In this document: positions 19,176 through 29,177 of the stretch, piece after piece
Layout of the letters: each line of letters opens with the position of its first letter
How positions within the stretch are numbered: the stretch's first letter is position 1
Assembly: GCA_963666515.2 (NCBI GenBank)
Contig: OY762897.2
Location: 1,760,001-1,824,000, forward strand
Origin: Candidatus Binatia bacterium
GTDB taxonomy: Bacteria > Desulfobacterota > Binatia > UBA9968 > JAJDTQ01
DNA: 64,000 bases
Direction of reading: 5' to 3'
Position numbers and translations under genes: made by a program
The notes under the pieces: model-generated
The model's input: only the letters and a program-made list of their open reading frames with translations
The model's database searches: none
Told to the model about the DNA's origin: nothing

Positions 19176-19364
19176 ATGGATATCGAACCGATCAGGAACC
19201 AGCGAGACTATCACAGGACACTGAAGGAGATAGAGGGTCTGATGACGGCGAAGCCTCACACGCCGGAAGGAGATCGCCTCGACGTACTCGTCACACTTGT
19301 CGAGGCCTGGGAAGCCAACCACTATGTGATCGATACGAATGTGAACCGCCTCGGGGCGCCATAG
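19176..19364 (+). pseudogene. Truncated HigA-type antitoxin (N-terminal part only; HTH and toxin missing)
   Basis: MDIEPIRNQRDYHRTLKEIEGLM...GDRLDVLVTLVEAWE matches the HigA N-terminus; it stops at 62 aa. Confidence 0.7.
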
Positions 19365-19409
19365 AAAGACACGTTCTTCGAACAGTTTCGCGGGCGACAG
19401 ACCGAGGTC

Positions 19410-20438
19410 TTACCCCGTCCCCTGCTCTTTCTCCTTCGCCAAGCCCATGGCGATCTCCACCAGGATATCTTCCTGGCCGCCCACCGCTTGGCGCTTGCCC
19501 ACCTCCACGAGGACATCGCGCGGGTCGACACCGAACTGGGCGGCGGCCTTGTCGGCGTGGAGCAGGAAGCTCGAGTAGACGCCGGCGTAGCCCATGGTCA
19601 GGCTGGTCTTGCCGATCCGCACGGGCTTCTGCATCAGCGGCTTCACTATCTCCTCGGCCACGTCCATGATCTTCCAGAGGTCGATGCCGGTCTCGTACTT
19701 CCCGAGCTTGTCGAGCACGGCCACCAGCACCTCGGTGGGAGTGTTGCCGGAGCCGGCGCCCAGGCCGCATGTGCAGGCGTCGAGCCAGCGGGCGCCCTCC
19801 TCGATGGCCACCAGGCTGTTGGCCATGGCCATGGACAGGTTGTTGTGGCCGTGGAATCCCACGCCGATGTCGATGGCGTCGCGTAGCGCCCTCACCCGCT
19901 CGCGCACGGTGGGAGGCAGCAGCGCACCCGCGGAATCGGTCACCAGCACCACGTCGGCGCCGTAGCTCTCCATGAGCTTCCCCTGCTCGGCGATCTTCTC
20001 GGGAGAGCCCATGTGGGAGAGCATCAGCATGCCGATGACCTCCATGTCCATCTTCTTGGCCAGCTCGATGTGCTGCTCGGAGACGTCGGCCTCGGTGACG
20101 TGGGTAGCGATCTGCGCCACCTGCGCGCCCATGTCCCTGGCCCGGGCCAAGTCGTCCTTGGTGCCGATGCCCGGCAGCAGCAACACCGCCAGCTTGCCCC
20201 GGTCCACCACGCCCGCGGCAGCGTCCAGCAACTCGAACTCGGACTGTTTTGAGAAGCCGTAGGTGATGGTGGAGCCGCCGAGCCCGTCGCCGTGGGACAC
20301 CTCGATGATCTCGACGCCGGCGTCGTTCAGCCCCTGGGCCACCCGGGCCACCTGGACCGCGGTGAGCTGGTGGCTCAGGGCGTGGCTGCCGTCCCGTAGC
20401 GTGCTGTCGAGGATGTGGATGTGGTTGTCGTCGCTCAT
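19410..20438 (-). CDS. mhpE: 4-hydroxy-2-oxovalerate aldolase
   Basis: DSTLRDGSH, HGDGL, GFHGHNNL, AGVYSSFL, VGGQED. Confidence 0.93.
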   Translation of the reverse strand: MSDDNHIHILDSTLRDGSHALSHQLTAVQVARVAQGLNDAGVEIIEVSHGDGLGGSTITYGFSKQSEFELLDAAAGVVDRGKLAVLLLPGIGTKDDLARARDMGAQVAQIATHVTEADVSEQHIELAKKMDMEVIGMLMLSHMGSPEKIAEQGKLMESYGADVVLVTDSAGALLPPTVRERVRALRDAIDIGVGFHGHNNLSMAMANSLVAIEEGARWLDACTCGLGAGSGNTPTEVLVAVLDKLGKYETGIDLWKIMDVAEEIVKPLMQKPVRIGKTSLTMGYAGVYSSFLLHADKAAAQFGVDPRDVLVEVGKRQAVGGQEDILVEIAMGLAKEKEQGTG

Positions 20439-20449
20439 GGCGGTCTCCC

Positions 20450-21349
20450 TCAGCGCTTGCGCCAAGTCCCGGCCCGGAGATGCCTGCCGATCTCCTCGCC
20501 TACCCGCACTGCGGCCGCGGTCATGATGTCGAGGTTGCCGGCGTAGGGCGGCAGGTAGTCGGCGGCGCCTTCCACTTCCACGTAGACGGTGACCTTCTGC
20601 TTGCCTTCGGGCATGTCCTCCACCAACGGCTCGGCCCGGAGCCGGTAGCCGGACACGTACTCCTGAATGCGCCGCACCATGTCCGCAAGGGCCTGACGGA
20701 TGCGTTCCGGGTCCGCCGGCTCGAGCATCCCGTACACGGTGTTGCGCATGAGGATCGGCGGCTCGGCCGGGTTGAGCACGATCACCGCCTTGCCCCTGGC
20801 CGCCTTGCCGATTTTCTCCAACCCGCGGGCGGTGGTGTCGGTGAACTCGTCGATGTTCTGCCGGGTACCGGGTCCGGCGCTCCTGCTGGCGATGGTGGCG
20901 ACGATCTCGGCGTACTCCACCGGCGCGCACGCGCCCATGGCGCTCACCAGCGGCACGGTGGCCTGCCCGCCGCAGCTCACCAGGTTCACGTTGGGCTCGC
21001 CCACGTGGGCGTCGAGGTTGACCAGGGGAATGACGTAGGGTCCTACCGCCGCGGGAGTCAGATCGACGGCGACCTTGCCGGCCTTCTTGAGGAGCGGCGC
21101 GTGCGCGGCGTGGGCCCTTGCGGTGGTGGCGTCGAACACGATCTCGAAATCGCCGGCGTGCTCCAGGAGGCCGTCGATGCCCTCGTAGGTCGTCGTCAGC
21201 CCTTCCCGGCGCGCCCGCGCGAGGCCGTCCGACTCGGGAATGATGCCGGCCATCACCGTGGGCTGGACGGTGTCGCTGCGCAGGAGCTTGTACATGAGGT
21301 CCGTGCCGATGTTGCCGGAACCCAGAATAGCTGCGCCGGTCTTCTCCAT
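20450..21349 (-). CDS. mhpF: Acetaldehyde dehydrogenase (acylating)
   Basis: [41 protein letters not shown]. Confidence 0.95.
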   Translation of the reverse strand: MEKTGAAILGSGNIGTDLMYKLLRSDTVQPTVMAGIIPESDGLARARREGLTTTYEGIDGLLEHAGDFEIVFDATTARAHAAHAPLLKKAGKVAVDLTPAAVGPYVIPLVNLDAHVGEPNVNLVSCGGQATVPLVSAMGACAPVEYAEIVATIASRSAGPGTRQNIDEFTDTTARGLEKIGKAARGKAVIVLNPAEPPILMRNTVYGMLEPADPERIRQALADMVRRIQEYVSGYRLRAEPLVEDMPEGKQKVTVYVEVEGAADYLPPYAGNLDIMTAAAVRVGEEIGRHLRAGTWRKR

Positions 21350-21363
21350 GCCCGTGTCCTCCC

Positions 21364-22155
21364 CTACACGAACCGGGCTGATACCGTCCCCAAGCCGTCG
21401 AACGACACCCGGATGTGATCGCCCCGGACCACATCCACCGCTGCCGAGACCGCGCCCGGCATGATCACCTCGCCGGCCTCCAGGGCCACGCCGTACGCGC
21501 CGACCGCATTGGCCAGCCACGCCACCGCGTTGGCCGGATGTCCCAGCGCGGCGGCGCCCGCGCCGGTCTGCGCCACCTCGCCGTTCTTCTCCAGCACCAT
21601 GCCCACCAGCCGGAGGTCCACCTGGTGGACCTGCCTGGGCGTGTTGCCGAGCACGATGCGCGCCGACGAGGCATTGTCGGCGATGGTGTCCGGTAGCTTG
21701 ATCTTCCAGTCACGGACGCGGCTGTCGATGATCTCGATGGCGGGCACCACGAAACGCGTGGCCGCCAGCACCTGCATCGCGGTGACGCCCGGCCCCTTGA
21801 GGGAGCGTTCCATCACGAACGCGATCTCCGGCTCCACCTTGGGCTGGATCAGCTCGCCGGTGTCCATGCGGACCTCGTCCTCCAGCACCATGGTGTCGAA
21901 GATGTGGCCGTAATCGGGCTGGTCCACGCCCAGCATCCGCTGCATGGCCAGGCTGGTGAGGCCGATCTTCTTGCCGACGATCTTCTCGCCCGCCGCCTTA
22001 CGGAGATCCACCAGCGCGAGCTGCACGCGGTAGGCGGCGGCCACGTCGAGCCCCTCGTGGGTGACCGTCAAGGGATCGAGCACGCGGCGCTCGCGTTCAG
22101 CGTCGTAAAGGCCCTTCGCGATCTTTCGGACCGCGGCCTGGGTAAGCCGTGCCAA
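21364..22155 (-). CDS. mhpD: 2-keto-4-pentenoate hydratase (FAH family)
   Basis: [49 protein letters not shown]. Confidence 0.9.
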   Translation of the reverse strand: MARLTQAAVRKIAKGLYDAERERRVLDPLTVTHEGLDVAAAYRVQLALVDLRKAAGEKIVGKKIGLTSLAMQRMLGVDQPDYGHIFDTMVLEDEVRMDTGELIQPKVEPEIAFVMERSLKGPGVTAMQVLAATRFVVPAIEIIDSRVRDWKIKLPDTIADNASSARIVLGNTPRQVHQVDLRLVGMVLEKNGEVAQTGAGAAALGHPANAVAWLANAVGAYGVALEAGEVIMPGAVSAAVDVVRGDHIRVSFDGLGTVSARFV

Positions 22156-22228
22156 GTTCGCCTCCTTCCCTGTCGCGGCATGACCGGGACAAGGAACGCT
22201 GTCCTTCGACTTCGCTACGCTGACGCCC

Positions 22229-22954
22229 CTACACCATCTCCTCCAGCAGCCGCCCGTAGCCCATCACCGACTCGTTGACGTGGAGCCGTTTCTGTATCGC
22301 CCACACCCGGGCCGGCACCGGGTGCACCACGGGCACCTGCAGGTCCTGCTCCAGCAGCTCGATGATGTCCAGGGTGCGCCAGCCGGAGCCCAGCATGTAG
22401 ATGGCGTCGGCGCCCTTGTGCTTGAGGAACAGGTTGCGCGTGTGCGCGTAGACTTCCTGTCCGGCGAGCTTCCCCACGTCCTCGAAGTCCACCGGGATGC
22501 CCTCCATCGCCAGCACGTCGAATCCCGCCTCGACGAAGTACTTGGCGAAGGTCTGGTTGATCTGGCCGGTGAAGTAGGTGACGCCGAGGATCTTCTTTGC
22601 CTTGAGCGCCTTCAGGGCCTCGATCTGGGTCTGGCCGGCGGTGACCATGGGGACCTTGTACTTGCGCTCCCAGGCCCGGATGGTGCGGCGCTCACCCTTG
22701 ACGCCCTGGAACATGAAGGGCGGCGCGCCTTCGGGATGGATCAGGTCCACGCCGTAGCCGGCGAGCTGGGCCACCCGCTCCTCGTACGCCTTCATGGCCT
22801 GCTGGAACTCGTCCGCGGTACCGCGCTGAAAGCCGATGAAGAGCGGTATGATGCCGATGCCCTCCGGCATCATGCGGATGAACTCCTCCAGGGACCCTGG
22901 CCGCATGGTGGGCTTGACCACGCCGACGGTGCCGCGCCAACTCGTGTACGCCAT
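22229..22954 (-). CDS. Maleate isomerase/arylmalonate decarboxylase (Asp/Glu racemase fold) family protein, Cys-free
   Basis: Family pattern (ALKAKKILGVTYF...ADAIYM...LEQDLQVPVV...GYGRLL); no Cys in the protein. Confidence 0.75.
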   Translation of the reverse strand: MAYTSWRGTVGVVKPTMRPGSLEEFIRMMPEGIGIIPLFIGFQRGTADEFQQAMKAYEERVAQLAGYGVDLIHPEGAPPFMFQGVKGERRTIRAWERKYKVPMVTAGQTQIEALKALKAKKILGVTYFTGQINQTFAKYFVEAGFDVLAMEGIPVDFEDVGKLAGQEVYAHTRNLFLKHKGADAIYMLGSGWRTLDIIELLEQDLQVPVVHPVPARVWAIQKRLHVNESVMGYGRLLEEMV

Positions 22955-23212
22955 TCAAGACTCCTTCTGCATTGGGGAAATCGGATTTCCCGGACGCTAA
23001 CCGAAGCTCCGGGGTTTTTCAACTCCGCCGCCCAATCCCGGCCAGGGCGGGGTTGAAACGCGCGCATGCGGTCGAGATGCCGGTTGCGGGCGCGTTTGAA
23101 CCGCGACTCCGCAACCGCGGCGCCTTGCCCGCGGCCGGAATTCCTGCGCATATTCGTCAACGTATTCATGGAACGCATCACGCTTACCCGCCCGGGCAAT
23201 CCGGCCTGACCC

Positions 23213-24085
23213 GTGGACAATCTGTACATCCCGCTGCTGGCTCTGGGCGCCGCCCTGTGCTTCTCCTCGGGCCAGATATGCTCCCGCCTGGGCCTCAACT
23301 ACGGCACCCCCACCAGCGCCATTTCGGTCTCGCTCTTCACCTCCACCGTCATCCTGCTGGTGGTGCTGGGGCCGCTGGCCTCCTGGGAAAACGCGCCGGC
23401 GGCGGGGCTGCTGCTGTTCACCGGGGCCGGCGTGCTGTCGCCCTTCTGCACGCAGATCCTGTTGTTCATCTCCGCCAACAAGGTCGGCATTTCCCGGGCC
23501 TCGCCGCTACGCAACACGACGCCGCTCTTCGCCGGCGTGGTGGCTGTGTTGTGGCTGGGGGAGACCGTCACCGTGGCCATTGCCAGCGGCACGCTGCTCA
23601 TCATCTTCGGCGCGAGCCTGCTGGGCATGAGGGATTCCGAGCAGGCCATCCCCTACCAACCCATCTACCTGTTGCTGCCGGTGCTGGCGGCGTTCCTGGG
23701 CGGGTTCTCGAGCCCCATGCGCAAGCTCGGCTACTCCATGATCGATTCGGTGCCGCTGGCGGTCTGCGTGGTGCAGGGAGGGGCGTTCGTGGCGTTGGTG
23801 CTCTACCTTCTGGCGACCGGGAAGTATCGGGAATTGGTCCTACGGCGGGAGACGCTGTGGTGGTTCGGCCTGTCGGGGCTGCTCAACAGCGTTGCCGTGA
23901 CCATGAACATGACCGCGCTGGAAATGGGGGACGTGGTGGTGGTCTCGCCGCTCATCTCCACCACCCCGCTCTTCACCGTGATCCTGAGCACCGTCTTCCT
24001 GCGCTCGTTCGAGCGGGTGACGCTCAAGGTGCTCGTGGGGGCGGCGGCCATCTGTCTCGGCGGGATCGTGCTCACCACGCTCTGA
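23213..24085 (+). CDS. EamA/DMT family transporter
   Basis: About 10 TM helices in two repeats; WLGETVT and ERVT motifs. Confidence 0.85.
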   Translation: MDNLYIPLLALGAALCFSSGQICSRLGLNYGTPTSAISVSLFTSTVILLVVLGPLASWENAPAAGLLLFTGAGVLSPFCTQILLFISANKVGISRASPLRNTTPLFAGVVAVLWLGETVTVAIASGTLLIIFGASLLGMRDSEQAIPYQPIYLLLPVLAAFLGGFSSPMRKLGYSMIDSVPLAVCVVQGGAFVALVLYLLATGKYRELVLRRETLWWFGLSGLLNSVAVTMNMTALEMGDVVVVSPLISTTPLFTVILSTVFLRSFERVTLKVLVGAAAICLGGIVLTTL

Positions 24086-24115
24086 AGCGCGCGGCTAGCC
24101 GTATGGCGGCGCGGC

Positions 24116-24817
24116 CTACGCGAGCAGCTTTCCGTATCCGGGCAGGGACGGCTTCATGCCCAGCCCTGCCAGCGCCTCCCAGATCCACGCCTGGGTGTTG
24201 GTGATGACCGGCTTGCCCAGGTCCGCCTCCAACCGCTCGATCACGGACGAAACGCGCCACTTGTTGCAGGGCATGTAGATGCCGTCCACGTTGGGACACT
24301 CCTCCAGCACCGCGGCGGCCAGGTCGTAGCCGGTCTCGGCCGGCAGCTCCCATATCTCCTGGGTGTTGTCGTAGCCCAGGCCGCGGTTGGCGGCCACCTC
24401 GATGTTGTAGTGGTCCAGGAACCGGATGAGGTTCTCGTCCTGGTCGTGGGGAAACGGCGAGGCCATGACCACGCGGTACATGTCCATGGACTTGAGCGCC
24501 CGCACCACCGCGGTCAGCACGGTCGATGCCTTCACCGGCGTGATCTCCCGCACGGAGTCCAGCACCAGCCGGTCCGAGCCCGGACCGCGATAGGAAAGGA
24601 ACAGCTCGCCCGTGATCATGAGGAAGTCCAGGGAGTCCCGGGTGAGGTCGCGGACGACGTCGGCGAAGGCCTCTTCCACCCTGGCGAAGGTCTCGTCCGT
24701 GAAACTGCTGACGTGGAGGGGCCGGCCCTTGATTTCGACGCCCTCCGGCAGAATGCTGTAATACTCCTGAATGGTCGGATCATCCAGATTGGGTGAGATC
24801 AGACCCAAAGTCTTCAT
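24116..24817 (-). CDS. Maleate isomerase/arylmalonate decarboxylase family protein
   Basis: GLISP, VDGIYMPCNKW, LEADLGKPVIT, GYGKLL. Confidence 0.75.
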   Translation of the reverse strand: MKTLGLISPNLDDPTIQEYYSILPEGVEIKGRPLHVSSFTDETFARVEEAFADVVRDLTRDSLDFLMITGELFLSYRGPGSDRLVLDSVREITPVKASTVLTAVVRALKSMDMYRVVMASPFPHDQDENLIRFLDHYNIEVAANRGLGYDNTQEIWELPAETGYDLAAAVLEECPNVDGIYMPCNKWRVSSVIERLEADLGKPVITNTQAWIWEALAGLGMKPSLPGYGKLLA

Positions 24818-25090
24818 CAAGTCCTCCAAACAAAAAAACCAGCCCGTCCCCTCGGCCCGGTGTCTGCGACACCCTCGCCAAGCGGCGGCTGGTTCGTTCC
24901 GGATATGGTTTAGCCAATCATCTCGCTTGCGTTGCGGGACCCGGTGAAACACGGCTCACCGCGTTGCCCGTTCGGCTGTAGGACGCCTACCAGAGCCGAC
25001 TTTCGGTGTCAAGAACCCTTTTCCTCGCTTGACTTTACCCGGCAGACCCGGAACCACTGGAAGGAAATCCGACCGCGGAGAGGTGAACCC

Positions 25091-27313
25091 ATGGCCGAGA
25101 ACAGGATCGTAGGGGCTCCGGCGACGCGCGGCGAGGGCGAGGACAAGGTGTCGGGCCGGGCGCGGTACACCGCGGACATGGCGGTGCCGGACATGCTCTG
25201 GTGCAAGGCGCTCAGGAGCCCCATCGCCCACGGCCGCATCAAGCGCATCGACGCCGGCAAGGCGCTGGCGGTTCCCGGCGTCCGGGCGGTGGTGACCGGG
25301 GCCGACGTCTCGGGCGCGCGCATCGGCAAGAAGATCGTCGACATGCCGCTCCTGGCGGACGGCGTGGTGCGCTACATCGGCGAGAAGGTGGCGGCGGTGG
25401 CCGCGGACACCGAAGCCGCGGCCGAGGCCGCGGCATCCCTCATCGAGGTGGAGTACCAGGAGATGGAGGCGGTGACGGACCCGGTGGAAGCCGCCAGGCC
25501 GTCCGCCCCGCTGATCCACCCGGACGTGGCCACCTACCCGGGCCTGCTCCACGAGATGGACGCCCCCAGCAACGTCTTCGTCCACCTCGAATGGCGCAAG
25601 GGCGACGTCGAGGCCGCGTTCGGGGAGGCCGACCTGGTGGTGGAGAACACCTTTGCGACGCCGCTGCAGCACCACGGCTACATCGAGCCCCACTGCTGCA
25701 TCGTGAAGGCCGCGGGAGACGGCGCCGAGATCTGGGCGTCCACCAAGAGCCTGTTCGCCTTGCGCGACCACATGGCCGGGGCGCTGGGCATTCCCGCCCA
25801 CAAGGTCGTCGCCCATCCCGGCTACATCGGCGGCGACTTCGGCGGCAAGGGCGACGCCAACGACATCGCGGTCTGCTACGTGCTCTCCCGGAAGACCGGG
25901 CGCCCGGTCAAGTACCTGATGGAGTACACCGAAGAGTTGATCTCGGGGAACCCGCGACACGCCTCGGTCACCACCATCAGGACCGGCGTCCGCAGGAACG
26001 GCCTCATCGTCGCCCAGCACATGCGACTGCTGTTCGACAGCGGCGCCTACGGCTCGTTCCGGCCCCAAGGCTACCTGGTAGGCGCCCACACCTCCGGCGG
26101 ACCCTACAAGATCGCCCATTTCCTGCTGGAGGAGAGCTACGTCTACACCAACAAGGTGCCGTGCGGCTACATGCGCGCGCCGGGTCACCCCCAGGGTTTC
26201 TTCGCCAACGAGAGCCAGCTCGACATGGTGGCGCGCGAGCTGGGCATGGACCCCGCGGAGCTGCGGCGCGTCAACTTCATGCACGACGGCGACCTGGACC
26301 CCACCGGCGCGCCGGTGGGACACATCCAGCCGGACGAGACCCTGGACAGCGCCATCCGGACGTCGGGCTTCCACGGACCGAGGGAGAAGAACGTCGGCCG
26401 CGGCATCGCCCTGGGCCACTGGATGTCCAAGGGCGGCGAGTCGTACATCGAACTTCGGGTGGACGCCGACGGCACGGCGACCCTGGGAGCCTCACTGGTG
26501 GACGTGGGCCCGGGCGCCTACACCATGATGCAGCAGGTGGTGGCCCAGGAGCTGGACCTGCCGCTGGACGGCGTGCGCTTCGAGCGCGTGGACACGACCC
26601 GGGTAGCCAGGGACACCGGCGTGCGCGGCAGCACCAGCACCCGGGTCCACGGCAGCGCGGCCTTCGACGCCGCGGACAAGGCCCGCGCCGCGCTGCTGGG
26701 CATCGCCGCCGAACGCATGGAGGTCCCGCCGGGCGAGCTGGGCGTCGTCAACGGCGGCGTCACCCACCTGCGGTCCGAGCGGCGCATGACCTTCGCCGAG
26801 CTGGTGGAAGCCGCGGGCGGGCCGGTGGCGGTCACCGGCCACTACGCCAACATGTCCGACGGTCCCGAGACCTCCGTGGTGGCACAGGTGGCCGAGGTGG
26901 AGGTGGACCCGGAAACCGGCCAGTTCGCCGTGCGCCGCCTCACCACCGCCCACGCCACCGGCACCGTGCTGAATCCCCTCGGCCACCAGGGACAGATCGA
27001 CGGCGCGGTGGTCATGGGGCTCGGGTTCGCGCGCTGCGAGGACATCGTCACCGACGGCGGTAAGGTCATGACCGCCAACCTCGGGGACTACAAGCTGCCC
27101 AACATCAAGGACATTCCGCCGCTCCGCACCGAGGTGGCCGAGGTTCCGGTGGGGAGCGGCCCCTACGGCAGCATGAGCATCGGCGAGACCGCGGTGATTC
27201 CCACGGCCGCGGCCGTGGCCAACGCGGTGCACGACGCCGTGGGGGTCCGGGTCACCACGCTGCCCGTCACCGCGGAGAAGGTCTTCGAGGCCCTCCAGGC
27301 CAAGCGCGGGTAG
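25091..27313 (+). CDS. Xanthine dehydrogenase family molybdopterin-binding large subunit
   Basis: DKVSGRARYTAD, IGGDFGGK, YMRAPG, GQIDGAVVMGLG, IGET. Confidence 0.9.
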   Translation: MAENRIVGAPATRGEGEDKVSGRARYTADMAVPDMLWCKALRSPIAHGRIKRIDAGKALAVPGVRAVVTGADVSGARIGKKIVDMPLLADGVVRYIGEKVAAVAADTEAAAEAAASLIEVEYQEMEAVTDPVEAARPSAPLIHPDVATYPGLLHEMDAPSNVFVHLEWRKGDVEAAFGEADLVVENTFATPLQHHGYIEPHCCIVKAAGDGAEIWASTKSLFALRDHMAGALGIPAHKVVAHPGYIGGDFGGKGDANDIAVCYVLSRKTGRPVKYLMEYTEELISGNPRHASVTTIRTGVRRNGLIVAQHMRLLFDSGAYGSFRPQGYLVGAHTSGGPYKIAHFLLEESYVYTNKVPCGYMRAPGHPQGFFANESQLDMVARELGMDPAELRRVNFMHDGDLDPTGAPVGHIQPDETLDSAIRTSGFHGPREKNVGRGIALGHWMSKGGESYIELRVDADGTATLGASLVDVGPGAYTMMQQVVAQELDLPLDGVRFERVDTTRVARDTGVRGSTSTRVHGSAAFDAADKARAALLGIAAERMEVPPGELGVVNGGVTHLRSERRMTFAELVEAAGGPVAVTGHYANMSDGPETSVVAQVAEVEVDPETGQFAVRRLTTAHATGTVLNPLGHQGQIDGAVVMGLGFARCEDIVTDGGKVMTANLGDYKLPNIKDIPPLRTEVAEVPVGSGPYGSMSIGETAVIPTAAAVANAVHDAVGVRVTTLPVTAEKVFEALQAKRG

Positions 27314-27372
27314 CGCAATGTGACAACTTGGGAGGTTTGTGTTAGGTCGTATTCCAGGAGGGGTTTGAGTCC

Positions 27373-28218
27373 ATGGCCACCATGATAACCGAAGAGTGCA
27401 TCAACTGCGGCGCTTGCGAACCGGAATGTCCCAACGAAGCCATCACCCAGAACGATGATATCTACGTCATCGATCCAGTCCTGTGCACCGAATGTGTCGG
27501 CTTCCACGACTACGAAGCGTGCGCCGCGGTGTGTCCCGTGGACTGCTGCGTGACCGACCCCAACAACGTGGAAACCGAGGAGGTGCTCATCGGCCGGGCG
27601 CGTGAGATCCACGCCGACACCGACTTCGGCGACAGCTTCGAATCGCGGTTCCGCCCGGGCGAGGGCGGCGCCGCCCCGGCCGCGCCCGCCGAGGGGGCTG
27701 CCGACGCGCCTCCGCAGCCCGCCGCTGCCGCCCCGGCTGCCGCTGCCGCGCCCCAGCCCGCGGGAGCCCCGGCCGCGGTATTCGCCGACAACTCCCAGCC
27801 TTCGGTCACGATTCCGGCCCCGGACCAGTGGCTCGTGTCGCTCCACTGCTTCGCATGCGACAGGGTCTACGAGGTCGAGACCGGGCGCCTGACCATCGGC
27901 AACGTCCTGTTCTGCCCACACTGCTTCAAGTCGACGGTGGTCAAGGACGACCTCAACTACCTCGTCCGCACCACCGTGCAGCGGTTTCACGACGAGTGGA
28001 ACGACGACCTGTCGGAGTTCCTGGAGCGCCGGCAGCGGGAGCTGGAGCAGTTTCAGGAACGGCGCCAGAAAGAGTTGCGGGCCTTCGAGAAGGACCAGAA
28101 GAAGCGCCTGGACGAGTTCGGCAAGCAAATGGCCAAGCTCACCGAGGACTACCAGGCTCCCGGCAAGCGCATCCCGAAGCGGGCGCTGCTGAGCTGGCGC
28201 TCCAGGGCCGCCGGCTGA
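27373..28218 (+). CDS. YfhL-like 2x[4Fe-4S] ferredoxin with Pro/Ala linker, Zn-ribbon and coiled-coil extension
   Basis: CINCGACEPECP and CTECVG...CAAVCP; later CFAC...CPHC; E/R/Q-rich helix. Confidence 0.8.
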   Translation: MATMITEECINCGACEPECPNEAITQNDDIYVIDPVLCTECVGFHDYEACAAVCPVDCCVTDPNNVETEEVLIGRAREIHADTDFGDSFESRFRPGEGGAAPAAPAEGAADAPPQPAAAAPAAAAAPQPAGAPAAVFADNSQPSVTIPAPDQWLVSLHCFACDRVYEVETGRLTIGNVLFCPHCFKSTVVKDDLNYLVRTTVQRFHDEWNDDLSEFLERRQRELEQFQERRQKELRAFEKDQKKRLDEFGKQMAKLTEDYQAPGKRIPKRALLSWRSRAAG

Positions 28219-28220
28219 CG

Positions 28221-28685
28221 TTGGCCGCCGACTTCCACATAATCTCGCTGACCCTTCACATCGGACTCGTAGTCGCCCTGTGGCTCATCCTGCTGCCTGC
28301 GCTCAAGCGGGAGTCCATGCGGGCGAGCCGGACCGAGCTGCTGGTCCGCGTGCTCCGAATCTACAACCCGGTGCAGATCGGGCTGCTGGGCATCCTCACC
28401 CTCACCGGAGCCTCCCGGATCACGGATCTCAAGGCGCTGCACGGCACGGCCTACACCCAGGAGTTCGGCGCGGCCCTGGCGGTCAAGCTGCTGCTGGCTT
28501 TCTTCGTCATCATGCTCGGCACCTGGCAGTGCATGGGCATCGCCCACCGTTTCGTCCGGCTTTCCGAATCCCCCGAGGGCGTGACCGCCGAGGGCACCGA
28601 CGCGGTCCTGCGCAAGCTGGACCGGTCCTCGGTCGTCATGCTGGTGTTCCTGGCGGCCACGGTCTGGGCCGGCCTTTCCATGTAG
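28221..28685 (+). CDS. Membrane protein, about 4 TM (CopD/DUF4149-like)
   Basis: Hydrophobic helices, ALAVKLLLAF motif; TTG start inferred. Confidence 0.6.
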   Translation: MAADFHIISLTLHIGLVVALWLILLPALKRESMRASRTELLVRVLRIYNPVQIGLLGILTLTGASRITDLKALHGTAYTQEFGAALAVKLLLAFFVIMLGTWQCMGIAHRFVRLSESPEGVTAEGTDAVLRKLDRSSVVMLVFLAATVWAGLSM

Positions 28686-28805
28686 GAGGCGGCAGCGGGC
28701 GGCGGGGGCGTCCGACGTGCTTGCAACCCGCCCCTGCATGCCTGTCCGCAAGCCGTCTGTTTGACAACCGCGGGGCTACCGGCTATTGCTCATGGGCACC
28801 GAGGC

Positions 28806-29177
28806 ATGACTTCCGTCAAAGAAAACAAGGACAGACCTGCCGCCAAGCCCAGGAAGGGCGTCAGCAGCACCCGGACCAAGGCATCATCCAGGAGCGCGGT
28901 CAACGATCCCGGCACGGATGAGGTCGAAGAGCAGGACCTGCCGGGCGACGCCGCCGGCCGGTTGAAGATCAAGAGACAGTACGAGGAGCTGCTGGGAATC
29001 CGCGTCGAGAAGCTCAAGGGGCGCGTGCTCAACCGGGAAAAGATCAACAAGACCATCGAGGGCATCTACTACATCTGCCTCGATTGCAAGAAAATCTGCC
29101 ACAACCTCGACGAGGGCCTGATCCAGGACCCCGAGACCCACATCTGCTACTGCGAGAGCTGCCGCAAGAAGAAGTGA
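28806..29177 (+). CDS. Hypothetical protein with Cys-rich C-terminus
   Basis: GAGG before ATG; CLDCKKIC...HICYCESC. Confidence 0.6.
   Translation: MTSVKENKDRPAAKPRKGVSSTRTKASSRSAVNDPGTDEVEEQDLPGDAAGRLKIKRQYEELLGIRVEKLKGRVLNREKINKTIEGIYYICLDCKKICHNLDEGLIQDPETHICYCESCRKKK

Noticed and set aside
19410-21434. 674-aa ORF as an aldolase fusion
   Set aside because: The N-terminal extension overlaps mhpF in another frame; the real start is MSDDNH at 20438 with an SD.
25091-27313. Aerobic CO dehydrogenase CoxL
   Set aside because: The active-site loop reads GYMRAPG, not AYxCSFR (form I) or AYxGAGR (form II).
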